A stretch of DNA of 64,000 nucleotides from Mobula hypostoma (lineage: Eukaryota). This document shows, piece by piece, positions 12,750 through 25,154 of the stretch. Position 1 is the first letter of the stretch. Each line of letters opens with the position of its first letter. The position numbers were made by a program, and so were the translations under genes. The notes beneath the pieces were generated by a model. It made no database searches and was not told where the DNA came from. It was given only the letters and a program-made list of their open reading frames with translations. The stretch lies in NCBI RefSeq assembly GCF_963921235.1, contig NC_086118.1, forward strand, positions 21,640,001-21,704,000, given 5' to 3'.

Positions 12750-13265
12750 ACAAGTGGTGAGACCACACTTAGAATACTGTGTCCAGTTTTGTTTATCCTT
12801 TTATAGGAAAGGCACCATTAAACTGAGAAGAGTGCAGAGAAGGTTTATGAGGATATTCCAGGATTCAAGCACTTGAGTTATAGGGAGAGGTTAGGAAGGC
12901 TACGACTTTATTTCTTGGAATGCAGGAGATTGAGAGGTGACTTTAGACATATAAACTCATGAGAGGTACAGATGGGGTCAACATGCATTGTCTTTTCTTA
13001 GGGGAGGTGAACTAAGAAGCAGTGGGCATAGGTGAAAGATTTAAAAGGGACCTGAGTGGTGACTGCTTCATGCAGGGGGTGTGCATATATAGAATGATCT
13101 GTTCGAGGAAATGGTTGAGGCAGACACAATAACAACATTTGAAAGACATTTTGATAAGTACATGGATAGAAGGGGTTTGGAGGGATACAGGCAAATGGCG
13201 ACAGCTTGGTGGGAGCCTGGATGAGTTGAGCCAAAGGGCCTGTTTCTGTGCAGTATTACGCTACG
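12750..13265 (+). mobile_element. CR1 LINE 3' end
   Basis: VRPHLEYCVQF...RVQRRF motif; tail gggcctgtttctgtgc. Confidence 0.8.
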
Positions 13266-13683
13266 ACACTGTAAATGCAAATCCTTGTAAGATTCATACT
13301 GGATTCTAAAGGATGTGATCATAAGGCTGTAGGAATGGTACTATGGATTTCCCTATTATTTGATGAACTCATACTTACTTAGTGAAGACTTATTGCAGAT
13401 TTTCCCCTGTGCATTGATGTTCCTGAATTGTCATGGATTGTTTCGATATTTTTATATGTTCTTGTCATTTTCATGTCCTACACTTGAAAGGTAGAGCTTT
13501 TGTATAGAAAGATATTTCTCACTCCCTGTACTTCTGTGCCTCAAAAATTACACAAAATTCCATTGTATGTACAATGGTAGAAACCTGTAATATTCATTTT
13601 GAAATTAGGAATATTATTTTCCTGTGAATAAGATCATATTCATACTACCGAACTCTGTTGACTCTGCAATGAAAATAATATAT

Positions 13684-13973
13684 TGTGACGACCCACTTTC
13701 TACGCAGGCGAACCGGCTCACAAAATGGTGGGCGCGTCGGCAGAGAGGCCTGCCCCAAAATGGCTCTGGGCCGTCTTCTTCACCAGCAAGGGGAGAAAGC
13801 CTGTGCACAGGAAGAGACTTTTGTAATGCATCTCTGACGTCATTTCTGCCCGGAGAGGACGGGAACAGAACTGCGTAAAAGCCAGTGCCGTGAAGTATGA
13901 ATAAACTAGTCTCGAGTGCAACTTACAGACTGCGTGTCGTTATTTCTAGCTCTGTGTGTAGCACATCGCTACA
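13684..13973 (+). repeat. 5' LTR
   Basis: Direct repeat of 17740-18028; about 27 substitutions and 1 indel by hand count, many at CpG. Confidence 0.95.
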
Positions 13974-13974
13974 T

Positions 13975-13988
13975 TGGTGACCCCGATG
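13975..13988 (+). promoter_or_regulatory. Primer-binding site complementary to the tRNA-Trp 3' end
   Basis: TGGTGACCCCGATG starts 1 bp after the LTR; tRNA-Trp ends ...CGUCGGGGUCACCA. Confidence 0.85.
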
Positions 13989-14012
13989 GTCCAAACGGGA
14001 TTTGGTCCAAAG

Positions 14013-14707
14013 ATGATTGACTCTTCATCAGTTCACGCAGTTTTGCTAAAACTGCCAACTTTCTGGACGCTGCGACCACGCGTGTGGTTTGACCAAGCAG
14101 AAGCCCAGTTCCAGATTCAGCAGATATCTTCTGATTCCACACGTTACTATTACGTGGTGAGCTCCCTTGACCAGGAGACAGCCGCCCAGGTTGAGGATTT
14201 CGTACAGTCACCCCTGGAAGAAGGCAAATATGCAGCATTCAAAGCGCTGCTCATAGAGACCTTTGGCCTCTCACAGCGTGAGTGAGGTGCCCGCTTGCTG
14301 CACCTGGACGGTTTGGGAGACAGATGCTGTCAGCGTTAATGAATGAGATGCTGGCCCTGGTTGAAGGACACAAGCCCTGCCTTATGTTTGAGCAGGCGTT
14401 CCTAGAGCAACTGCCCAAGGACATACATCTGCTGCTGGCCGACACAGATTTCAGTGACCCCCGGAAGGTGGCGGCCCAGGCAGACATGCTGTGGAAAGCC
14501 AAGAGGGAGAGCGGGGCATCCGTCGGACAGATTACCAAGTCACACGCCCAACAGCAGACCAGACCAGGCCCGGCAACACAACCCAGAGGCAGGAATGAGG
14601 AGGCCAATGAACAGTGGTGTTTCTACCACCAGCGGTGGGGCACAGAAGCCCACCGTTGTCACCCGCCCTGCAAGTTCCCGGAAAATGCCAGGGCCAGCCA
14701 CCGCTAA
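14013..14707 (+). pseudogene. gag pseudogene with CHCC zinc knuckle
   Basis: LKLPTFWTLRPRVWFDQAEAQF near the N-terminus; CFYHQRWGTEAHRCHPPC near the C-terminus; stop and frameshift near 14283-14325. Confidence 0.85.
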
Positions 14708-17700
14708 TGGTTACGGCGGCTGGCCACCAGGACAGCTTCTTGTACGTCTGGGACAAACAGTTGGGACGCCGCTTCTTGGTCGACACCGGAGGGGAAATCA
14801 GCATCTTACCCCCGACGGGATACGACACCTGCAACAGGGAGCTGGGACTCACCCTGAGGGCCGCAAACGGCAGCACGATATGGACCTATGGCACTCGCAC
14901 AGTGCAGCTGCAGTTCGGTGCCAGCCGGTTCACGTGGGACTTCACACTGGCCGCTGTGGCCCAACCACTCCTGGGGGCGGACTTCTTGCGAGCTCACAGC
15001 CTGCTGGTCGACTTGCCAGCAAAAAGACTGGTCCATGCCAAGACTTTCCAGACGTTCTCCCTGGGTGAAGCCAAGTTGCCGGCCCCACACCTGGACTCTG
15101 TCACACTGTCTGACAACAAATTCACCAGAATCCTGGCGTACTTTCCATCGGTTCTGGCACTGCAGTTCACAGCTGCCATGCCCAGACACGAAGTACAGCA
15201 CCACATCCCGACCCAGGGACCACCCCTCCATGCCCGCACAGGAAGGCTCCCCCCAGACAAGCTCCACCTGGCGTAGGAGGAGTTCAAGAGTATGGAGGAA
15301 TTGGGGATCGTATTGCTGTCTGACAGCCCATGGGCCTCCCCTCTGCACATGGTGCCCAAAGCAGCCGGGGGCTGGAGACCATGCGGCGACTACCACAGAC
15401 TGAACGAGACTACAACTCCAGACCGCTACCCCGTGCCGCACAGACAGGACTTTGCAGCAAACCTGCACGGGGCAAGCGTCTTTTCCAAAGTAGACCTCGT
15501 CCGGGGATACCATCAAATCCTGGTACACCCTGAAGACATCCCCAAAACAGCCCTCATCACCCCGTTCGACCTGTTCGAATTCCTCTGAATGCCGTTCGGC
15601 CTGAAGAATGCCGGACAGACGTTCCAGTGGCTAATGGATGCAGTGGGACGCGACCTGGACTTTGCGTTCATCTATTTGGACGACATCCTCATAGCCAGCA
15701 GTAGTCATCAGGAGAATCTGTCCCACCTCCGCCAGCTCTACACCCGCCTGAGTGATTTCGGCCTCATGATCAACCCGGCCAAATGCCAGTTCGGACTCGA
15801 CACCATCGAATTCCTGGGCCACAGGATTACCAAAGACGAGACAACACCTCTGCCCGCCAAGGTAGACACGATCTGCCATTTCACCCGGCCCAACACAGTC
15901 AAAGGCCTGCAGGAGTTCGTTGGTATGGTGAACTTCTACCACCGCTTCCTCCCCTCAGCAGCCCTTATCACGCGCCCTTTGTTCACCCTGATGTCGAGTA
16001 AAGGCAAGGACATTACTTGGGACAAATAGGCCACAGCCGCTTTCGTTAAAGCCAAGGAAGCCTTGGCAGACGCCGCGATGCTGGTGCACACCAGAATGGA
16101 TGTTCCAACCGCCTTCATAGTGGACGCATCCAACACAGAAGCCGGTGGGGTGCTGGAGCAACTCATCGAGGGGCGCTGGCAACCCCTGGCGTTCTTCAGC
16201 AGGCACCTACAGCCACCCGAACTCAAGTACAGTGAGCTGTTGGCACTATATCTGGCAATCCGGCATTTCAGGTACTTCTTAGAAGGCAGGCCGTTCACCT
16301 CCTTCATGGTCACATGCCGTTGACCTTCATGTTCAATAGGGTGTCCAATCCTTAGTCGGCCCCCCAGCAGCGACATCTGTCCTACATCTCCGAGTACACT
16401 GTGGACATCCAGCATATCTCGGGAAAGGACAACGTCATGGCGGATGCACTCTCCAGACCAGCCATCCAGGCCCTGTCCCAGGGGGTGGACTATGCAGCAC
16501 TGGTGGAGGCGCAGCAGGCAGACAACGAGATGCCCAGCTACAGAACCGCAGTCTCTGGTTTACAGCTGCAAGACTTCCTCATAGGCCCAGATGAGAGGAC
16601 CCTCCTGTGTGACGTGGCTACTGGCCAACCTCGCCCCATCATTCCGGCAGCCTGGCGGCGGCGAGTTTTCAACTCTATACACAGGTTGGTGCACCCACCT
16701 ATCAGGACAACCGTCCGGATGGTCTCCAGTAAGTTCGTGTGGCAAACAGGTCAGCAAATGGGCCAAAACGTGCACGCAGTGCCAAACAGCCAAGGTGCAG
16801 CGGCACACCAAAGCCCCGCCGTAGCAGTTCGAACCCACCCGCCGGAGGTTCAACCACATTCATGTGGATATCGTGGGGCCCCTGCCAGTGTCGTGAGGAG
16901 TGTGGTACCTCCTAACTATGGTAGACCGGTTCACGAGATGGCCAGAGGCGGTCCCCATCACCGACACCACCGCCGATTCCTGCGCCTGTGTGCTGATTGC
17001 AACCTGGGTAGCACGCTTCGGGATACCGGCCCACATTACCTCCGACAGAGGCGCCCAGTTCACCTCCAGCCTGTGGTCGGCTGTGGCCAGCCTGTTGGGA
17101 ACACAATTGCCCCACACAACTGCCTACCACCCACCGTCGAACAGACTGGTGGAACGTTTCCACTGTCACTTGAAGTCAGCTCTCATGGCCCTCCTGAAAG
17201 GGCCTAACTGGGTGGACGAACTTCCCTGGGTCCTGCTTGAAATCTGCATAGGACCCAAAGAGGATCTACACACCTCATCGGACGAGTTGGTGTACGGTGC
17301 ACCCTGGTCATCCCAGGAGAGTTCATACCAGCCCCAAGGGGGCAAGAGGAAGAACCCGCAGCAGTCCTGGACAGACTACGCGAAAGGCTCGGCAACTTGG
17401 CCCCCATAACGACTTCACAGCACGGACAGATCCTGACCTGCGTACCCAAAGACCTGCAGAACTGTAAGTTTGTATTTGTACGAAAGGGCACACACTGGTC
17501 ACCACTACAGCGGCCGTACGAGGGGCCTTTCCAGGTGATCAGGAACAACGGGTCCACGTAAGGACGTTAAGGGATAGAGGAGGTTTCCACGGTGGAACGA
17601 CTCAAACCGGCCCGTGTGGACTTGGCGCAGCCGGTCGAGGTTCAGGCACCGCGGTGCAGAGGCAGACCGCCCACACACAGACTGATCCAGACTGTGGACG
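14680..17700 (+). pseudogene. pol pseudogene (protease, RT, RNase H, integrase) with multiple stops and frameshifts
   Basis: FLVDTGGEIS (PR); SPWASPLHMVPK, MPFGLKNA, YLDDIL (RT); VDAS, ELLALY (RH); VDRFTRWPEA, SDRGAQF, VERFH (IN). Confidence 0.92.
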
Positions 17701-17739
17701 TTGGTGGGTGTATCGCCGGTTCTGCGGGGGGGGGGGTTA

Positions 17740-18028
17740 TGTGGTGACCCACTTTCTACACAGGCGAACCGGCTCACAAAATGGCGTGCGTGTCGGCAGA
17801 GAGGCCAGCCCCAAAATGGTGCTGGGCCTTCTTCTTCACCAGAAGGGGAGAAAGCCCACGCGCGGGAAGAGACTTTTGTAATGCACCTCTGACGTCATTT
17901 CCACCCAGAGAGGGCGGGAATGGAACTGCGTAAAAGCCAGTGCCGCGAAGTTTGAATAAACTTGTCTTGAGTGCAACTTACAGACTGCCTGTCGTTATTT
18001 CTAGCTCTGTGTGTAGCACATCGCTACA
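17740..18028 (+). repeat. 3' LTR
   Basis: Direct repeat of 13684-13973; preceded by the PPT and followed by TSD ATAT. Confidence 0.95.
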
Positions 18029-19249
18029 ATATAACACTAGCCTGTCATCCACTTCATCTATTTAAATATCATAAACGTAATACTGACATGAAAATACAGT
18101 ATGTTTTCAGCAAATGTAATATTATCAAAAGACAAGCTTGGATTTTGTTTCTTTTCACATAAAGCATGCTGAAGTTGTGATCTGAGTTTAATCAGGCTCG
18201 TATTAAAAAAGCAATGTTTCACCTCATGTTTAATATACTACTGAGTATACTACTGATTAATTTATCTAAAGAAAGAACTATTTCCACATGTAAAAATCAC
18301 CATGTGGAAGCTAACTACTTGAAGATGAGTGATAGCTTTATGCTAGACTGAGACAGAACTTCCAGGACAAAGTCAATTAGTAATTTAAGAGAGGCTCAAT
18401 GTAATTGTAATACCAAGTAAATAAATCAAACCAGGCGACGTCGCTCACGGGTTGGGCTGAGGTCATTCAGCTGATAGAAACCATATCTTATTTGCTTCTT
18501 ATAAACAAAGGATAGTTCCCAATTTAAATCCCCAGCAAGGCTGGATAAGTGTGCTGTATTTCCCTTTTCCAGGCAACACATAAGTCTAATAAGTGACCAT
18601 TTCACCATCAGAATTTCTTGACAGATAGAAAATGTTCCTCCTCTGTCTCTTACTTAAATGGCACCCAAGAGATTTGGTAAAATGTGCACCTAATCAAAAT
18701 ATTGATAAGACCAGCAAGGAAGAACGCTAATTAAGAGAACGAGGAAGAAAGCTGGAATAAAAAATGAGTCAAATTAAGAAAAAGATTTAATTATAAAGTG
18801 TCCAAGTGTCCAGAACTTTATTAATGGACTATTAGTTTTCTAAGTGTCCTGTGATTTGTAATAGCTAAGGTCCCAACTTTATGATGACCTGTCAAATCTT
18901 GAATTGGTTGTGGGATTATGAGCAGCACTGGCCACGAATGCATTGAATGCATTGGCCTCGGAAGGCATCATCACTCCATTAGTGGTAGTTGTCGAGATAA
19001 TTGGCGGAAAGGGAAACAATGAAGGAGTGTGAGAATGGCAGTGTTGGGAATGACATTCTGAGGTAGGACACCAGATTCTTGCCTAGTTATCTGAACACTC
19101 GAATGAATAGATGGCTGGATTCCGATCACATGTTTAAAGCTAGCAATGGAATCCGGCAAGCTGCAAGGCAGGAATCTGAGCCTGGGTTGGACTTACTTTG
19201 CAGTACTCATACTCAATATATTACACTGGAAATATGACTTTAGCCATGA

Positions 19250-20300
19250 ATGTTGGTTTTGGTTTATTAGTATCACATGGACTGAGATACTGTGAAAAGC
19301 TTTTGTTTTGTGTGTCAACAGATGGATTACACTGAGGTACTAAAAAGTAAACAGAATGCAGATGCTGCCTGGCCTGCTGAGTTCCTCTAGCATTTTGTGT
19401 GTGTTGCTACAGTGTTGCAGTTACGGAGAACCTGCAAGGGCCACAACAAAGTAGACTAGGAAATCATGAGTTCACAAATTCGTTTAGCATATGAGAGGTC
19501 AGCAAATTTCAATCTGGTGTTCTACCTCAGAAGGTCATTCCCAACACTGCCACTGTCACACTCCCTCATTGTTCCCCTTCATGATTCTGATAACAATGGG
19601 ATAGAAACTGTCTTTGAGTTAGTGTTTTGTGCTTTTAAGCTTTTATATCTTCTGTCTGATGGGAGAGGGGAGAAGAGAGAATGAGAATAATTGGGATAAA
19701 AGGGGCCCTTGATTGGCTGCTTTTCTGAGACAGCAGGAAGAGTAGGCAGAGTCAATGGAGAGAAGGTTGCTTGTGTGATGGACTGGGCTGCACTCACAAC
19801 CCTCTGCAACTTCTTGCGGTCCTGGGCAGAACAGTTTCCATACCAGGCTGTGAAGCATTTGGATAGGATGCTTTCTGTGGTGCATCTACAAATATTGGTA
19901 GGAGTCATTGGAGACATGCTAAACTTCCTTCGTCTCCTGAGGAGGCAGAGGTGGCTGGTGTGCTTTCTTGGCTGTAGCCTCCATATGGCTGGACCATGAC
20001 AAACTTACAGCTAAGAACTTGAAGCCCTCAATAATCTCCACCTCTGCAACTCTGACAAAAAAACGAGGCTTGCATGCCACTCTGCTCTCTGAAGTGAGTA
20101 ACTAGCTCCTTCATTTTGTCCGAAAGGTCAGTGTCTTGAGACTATGCACGAGGCTTTCTATCTTCTTCCTGTACTGTGTCCTATCATTGTTTGAGATCCA
20201 GCCCACTACAGTGGTGTCAGCTGCAGACTTATAAATGGAGCTATAGTGGAATTGAGCGACACAGTCATGTGTGTATAGGGATTACAGTAAGGAGCTGAGT
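19250..20300 (-). mobile_element. Rex/Babar-type LINE 3' fragment
   Basis: TESILSKCFTAWYGNCSAQDRKKLQRVV in ORF 19579-19917. Confidence 0.75.
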
Positions 20301-20899
20301 TCAAAGTTCAAAGTAAATTTATTATCAAAGTACAAATATCTCACCATATACCGCCTTGTGATTCATTTTCTTGCAAGCATTCACAGTAGAACAGAGAAAT
20401 ACAATAGAATATGCTTGCGGTTTGATGTTTATCTTTAGAAGCTTTATGTATGACGCATGGATCTGGGGTTGAACACCTAATGGGGTTTTTCTTTTTTCCC
20501 ACTTTTCTTGCTTAGTAGGGGGTTTTTTAAATCACAAAATTGTTTCAATCTTTATATAATGTTTTCTTTTCTTGAGACATTGTAAGTGTTGTTTACTTCA
20601 ATGTACTTGTGTTTATTTTGGAAAAAAAATAAAAAGACTTGAAAGAAATACAATAGAATAAATGAAAAATTAAACACAGTATTCGATAACCAGCTCTTTG
20701 ATTTTGCTGACATTGAATGACAAATTGTTACTGTGGCACCGTCAACCAGATTTTCAATCTCCTTTGTTGATGCCAATTCTCTCCACCTTTGATTCGGCCT
20801 TCAACGGTGGTGTCATCAGCAAGTTTCAATCTGGCATTGACAAGCCTAAATATTGCATTGACGGTGATCATGGATGAGGTGTTGCTTCATCTCCTCAAA

Positions 20900-22275
20900 A
20901 CAAGAGATTCTGCAGATATTGGAAACCTTGAGCAACACACATAAAATCAAGATGATACTAGCGAACAATGCAACCAATGGCGACGCTCTGCATACAGTTC
21001 ACAAAGCTACTTCATTTTCAAACATGATTCGACAACTAAGCTGCGTACGATTGAAACCTGTGATTTACATTTTGATGGTGAATTTTCAGGCTATTTGATT
21101 GATCTGGTGCTCTGCTGTCTCAGAGGGAGTTCGGTGAGGTTTGGTGTGGAGTGCGTGGCCTGGAGGGCTGGAAGACGGGAGACGGGGCACAATCCCATGA
21201 TCGACCCCATTGCTTCTCCCCGACTGAGGAGTCGAGCAAGGTTGGAGTCGACGAGGGCGAGAGCGGAGGATGGGCGAGTGTTTGCTGCCATCTGTCTGAG
21301 TTCGATCAGTCTTCCTCTCCCTCTCGCTAGCTGCTGTCGGATGAAAGTGCAGGAGCCTTGGGTGCCACGTGACCAGGATTGATCGGCAAGACTGTGGACT
21401 CATTTTGGGGGACGTTGAGGTTCATGTTGCATGCGTTCCTGGATTCTGGTTACTCTTTGTTGTTTTTGAGTGGTTTGCTTGGGGCAATCAAAGTGGACTG
21501 GGGCAGTTCAGTGAAGAATGGCCGTGTGACCTGCAGTGGATTAGCGGCAGAGCACTGAAGTAAACTAAACTGAATACCACTGGACTCCAGTTTGATGTTT
21601 GATATTCTATGTGTTCTTCACTTGTTTGTTCTTTTTTTTCCATGTGTTGGGTGTTTGATGTTTTCTTGAATGGGTTCCATGGTGTTTCTTGATTTTGTAG
21701 CAGCCTGTGGGAAGATGAATCTCAGGGTTGTATTCTGTATACATAAATAGATAGTAAGTGAACTTTGAATCTTTGAATAAAGTGCTGGAGGAACTCAGTA
21801 AGTCAGGTAGCATCGAAGGAGGGGAATAAACAGTCGATGGTCCAGGCCAAGACCTTTTGTCACGACTGGAAAGGAAGGGGTCAGAAGCCAGAATAAGAAG
21901 GTGGCGAAGGGAAGGAGTACAAGCTGGTAGGTGTAAGGTGACACCAGGTGAGGAGAAAGGTGGTGGTCTGGGGAGAAGGGATGAAATGAGAAGCTGGGAT
22001 GAGATAGGTGGAGGAGGCAAAGGGCTGAAGAAGTAATCTAGTTGAAGAGGACAGAGACCACTGAAGAAATGGAAGAAGGAGAGGGACTAGACAGAAGTGA
22101 TGGGCAGGTGAGGAGAAGAGGAGGAATGAGGAAACGGTGAAAGGATAAGCAGCACAGGGAATGGACAAAGAGGCGGGGGGGGGAATAAATTACCAAAGTT
22201 GGAGAAATCTATGTTCATGCCATCAGGTTGGAGGCTCATCAGAGAGAATATGAGATGTTGTTCCACCAACTTGAT
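20900..22275 (-). mobile_element. Penelope-like element 3' part (GIY-YIG C-terminus and terminus), split by an insertion at ~20949-21777
   Basis: EQHLIFSLMSLQPDGMNIDFSNF in ORF 22087-22269; decayed hammerhead at ~21831-21869; the tail resumes at 20900-20948. Confidence 0.75.
20949..21777 (+). mobile_element. Non-coding, CpG-rich retroposon-like insertion with LINE-type tail
   Basis: Interrupts the Penelope-like terminus; ends aactttgaatctttgaa, like the Rex-type tail at ~46555-46573. Confidence 0.55.
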
Positions 22276-22299
22276 TGCCCTTCCTTACTGATTGGTGGA

Positions 22300-23015
22300 G
22301 GAGTCAAATAGTTGGGTGTCCACCTCAACAGCAACCTTGACTGGAAAACCAACATCATGGCTGTTTGCAAGAAGGGGGTGAGCAAACTCTATTTTCTCAG
22401 GAAGCTGAGATCCTTCATTGTGTGCAACAGGATGTTGGAGATCTTTTACCAGTCTGTTGTAGCAAATGCAGTCTCTTTTGCTGCTTTATGTTGGGGGAGG
22501 AGCTTTGGTGCTGGTGATGCAAAAAGACTAAATAAACTCATCAAAAAGGCTGGATCCATCCTTGACTACAACCTGGACTCTTCTGAGTTGGTGGAGAGGA
22601 AGTCACTGAACAAACTGCTATCCGCTATGGACAATCAGGCACATCCTCTCCATGACCATACTGAATAAGCAATGGAGCACCTTTTTGAACAGACTCAATC
22701 AGCTCCACTGTCACGAGGATTGTTACAGAAAGTCTTTCCTACCAAGTGCAATAAGCATACACAACAGTTCATCTCTGAGCAACAGGAGAACACACATCAT
22801 AGTACAATTGTCTCTATTTTATTATTTCTTACATTATTATTGCACAGCTTTGTACATTGGTATATTATTTATATTATTGTGTATATTATTATCCTGTATG
22901 TTATTACTAACTAAGTCTGCACACCGCTAAGTACGTATTTAAATGTTGCCGCTGTAACAAAAGAATTTCCCACTCGGGATCAATAAAGAACATCATTATT
23001 ATTAATATTATTATT
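22300..23015 (+). mobile_element. Rex/Babar-type LINE 3' end
   Basis: LGVHLNSNLDWKTN...LYFLRKLRSF...FYQSVV; AATAAA then an (ATT)n tail. Confidence 0.75.
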
Positions 23016-23214
23016 GGTCAGGAAGTCAAAATTCCACTTGCAGAGGTGGAAGCACTGTTTAGGAGTCTGGAGATAAGTTTGGTTGGAATTTTGAGTTGCT
23101 GACATTGTAATTCATATCCAATGGACAGGCTGTGGTCATGCACTTACAATTAGTAGGCTAGGTATGAATGTGTGGGTAAGGTTGTTTCTGCCATATTAGC
23201 CATGTTTTTCACAG

Positions 23215-23272
23215 TTCCTGGATATACCCGACATGGAGCCAGACTATCTGTGCTGGAAGGGATGGCCTCCAG
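23215..23272 (+). other. Candidate 58-bp internal exon of an unidentified host transcript
   Basis: tttttcacAG acceptor, CAG|GTCAGT donor, no stop in any frame, non-repeat context; no protein recognised. Confidence 0.25.
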
Positions 23273-25154
23273 GTCAGTTCAAGTCTGGTACAAGGTTAAA
23301 TTCAGTTTCCCCAGACTCTTTGACATGTCTTTAATTTTTGTATTAAATGAGTTCCCTCTAAAATATGCTCAAACTGATTAAAGCCACTTCAATGCATTTT
23401 TGTCTATGCAATGCCAGTCATTCTAATGGTGCGTAGACAAATTTCTGAGCAGTAGTTCTGAATGAACATAAATCCACCTATTAAAGATCAACTCATTCTT
23501 TGCATGCCATGAATATAATAATATATTTACAACATAATAATTCTCTGGTCCAATCATTCAAGATGTGCTGTATCAAGTTCTTGGTACTAGTGTCAAAACA
23601 CAATGTAGATGTCACTTTTCAAGACTTCAATAATGTTTGCTTGAAACTCAGAATATGATACACTTCAGTACTTCTGACCTTCTCACAAGAAGCCAAACTC
23701 CCCAAGGGCAGGTTGATTTAGTTCAAAGTGTAACTTATCTGATCTGTAACATTTTGGCACAGTGATTTCTCTCACTCCCTTGGTTTGACCATTAAAAAAT
23801 ACATTCCATGGGGGTTTTCACTGATGTGTAGAACCAGTGTCAGCTTAGAAGTAGTCTGAACAATATTTTTCATGGAAATATAAATTACTGAAAATCAAAT
23901 GGATATCTAAGTCACTAAAATTAATTCCAAGTACTCTCATGAAACTAAATTCAATATTTTTGAGAAGGTACAATGCAATAACTTATTAAATTAGATCATT
24001 TTAGATTGGTTGCAATATCTTGGTTAGAAAGAGTAGAAGTAAGCTTGCACGAAGAAGAGTGTTAAATGCTAAAAAATGTAGATGTATAACCATAGAAAAA
24101 GGATACTGTAAGTTCAAGATTGGTTGAGGATTGACAGCATAGGATATATATGATAGGTAGATCTTGGAGGAAGCCCACCACCACTGTAATGGGCATTTAA
24201 AATGGTGTGGTGTTGGTTGATGTCAGCATGAGAGCTGTGCATGTATTGTTTTATTTATTGCCAATAGTTTATTATTTCGCTAATTTTCTTCTCAGAAGAT
24301 CAATTAGCCTTATATTCAAGATCATGGTCTGTTGCTGATTTGAATGTGAAACTTGAAAGTACATTGTATTTATATGATTCAGTCCAACAGTTCACAATAG
24401 CATGGGAACCCTTGAACACTTTGGTACTCCAATGATTCAACTTATTGGTATTCCACAGAAGAGCAAGGGATCAGCTAATACTCATAAATCTTCTAACAGT
24501 AATTTCTATTTTTGGAATTTCCAATATAAAAATGAGAATAAATATAATGAATTCATCAGCTCTGACAGTATTTTGATTATCTCCATCAAAATTATTATGA
24601 TAATTAATGAACTGTTGCAAGTGTTGAAAAAACATTGTAAAGGAGCAAACCTTGGTGAGAAGATGAGTGATTAAACTAGAATTTTCACTGACAAGGGGCG
24701 ACGCATTCAGCAGTAGGTATCAGAGGTCCAAAATTCCAAGCAAATTCCAAAGGCCAATTTATCATTCCTACAACAAAAACAGAGTTTGCTGGAAATGTTG
24801 AGTAAGTCATCAGTAACAGCAGAGAGAGATATAGAGCTAACTTTTCAGGAGAAGAAAAACATCTAAAATTCTGGTGAAGGCTTAGTTAAATTTACTCTGT
24901 TTCTCAAAGTCCAGGTGCAATGGATGCAGTCCCACCCATTGTCGGCGATTTTTTTTGTTATTATTTCATGTTTCCAGCATCTACTCTACTTTTCTTAAAC
25001 GCAAAAACAAGAAGTGGCTATCAAGATTTTGGACTTTCAGATATGACTACATTGAAGCCACATCACTTTTTTTGGGGGGGGTATGGGAAGTATCTAAAGG
25101 CATGATTTTGAAGAAATGTAGAGGAAATATTGCAAGCAATGCTATCTATCAGCG

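Larger units (their letters stand above)
13684..18028 (+). mobile_element. Full-length decayed Ty3/Gypsy LTR retrotransposon (CsRN1-like)
   Basis: LTRs 13684-13973 and 17740-18028 (TGT...ACA); 4-bp TSD ATAT; PBS TGGTGACCCCGA; G-run PPT ~17726-17736; gag-PR-RT-RH-IN order. Confidence 0.95.

Noticed and set aside
14454..17207. Long alternative-frame and antisense ORFs (204, 240 and 268 aa) in the Gypsy element
   Set aside because: They are shadows of GC-rich pol sequence or chimeras created by frameshifts; no independent motifs.
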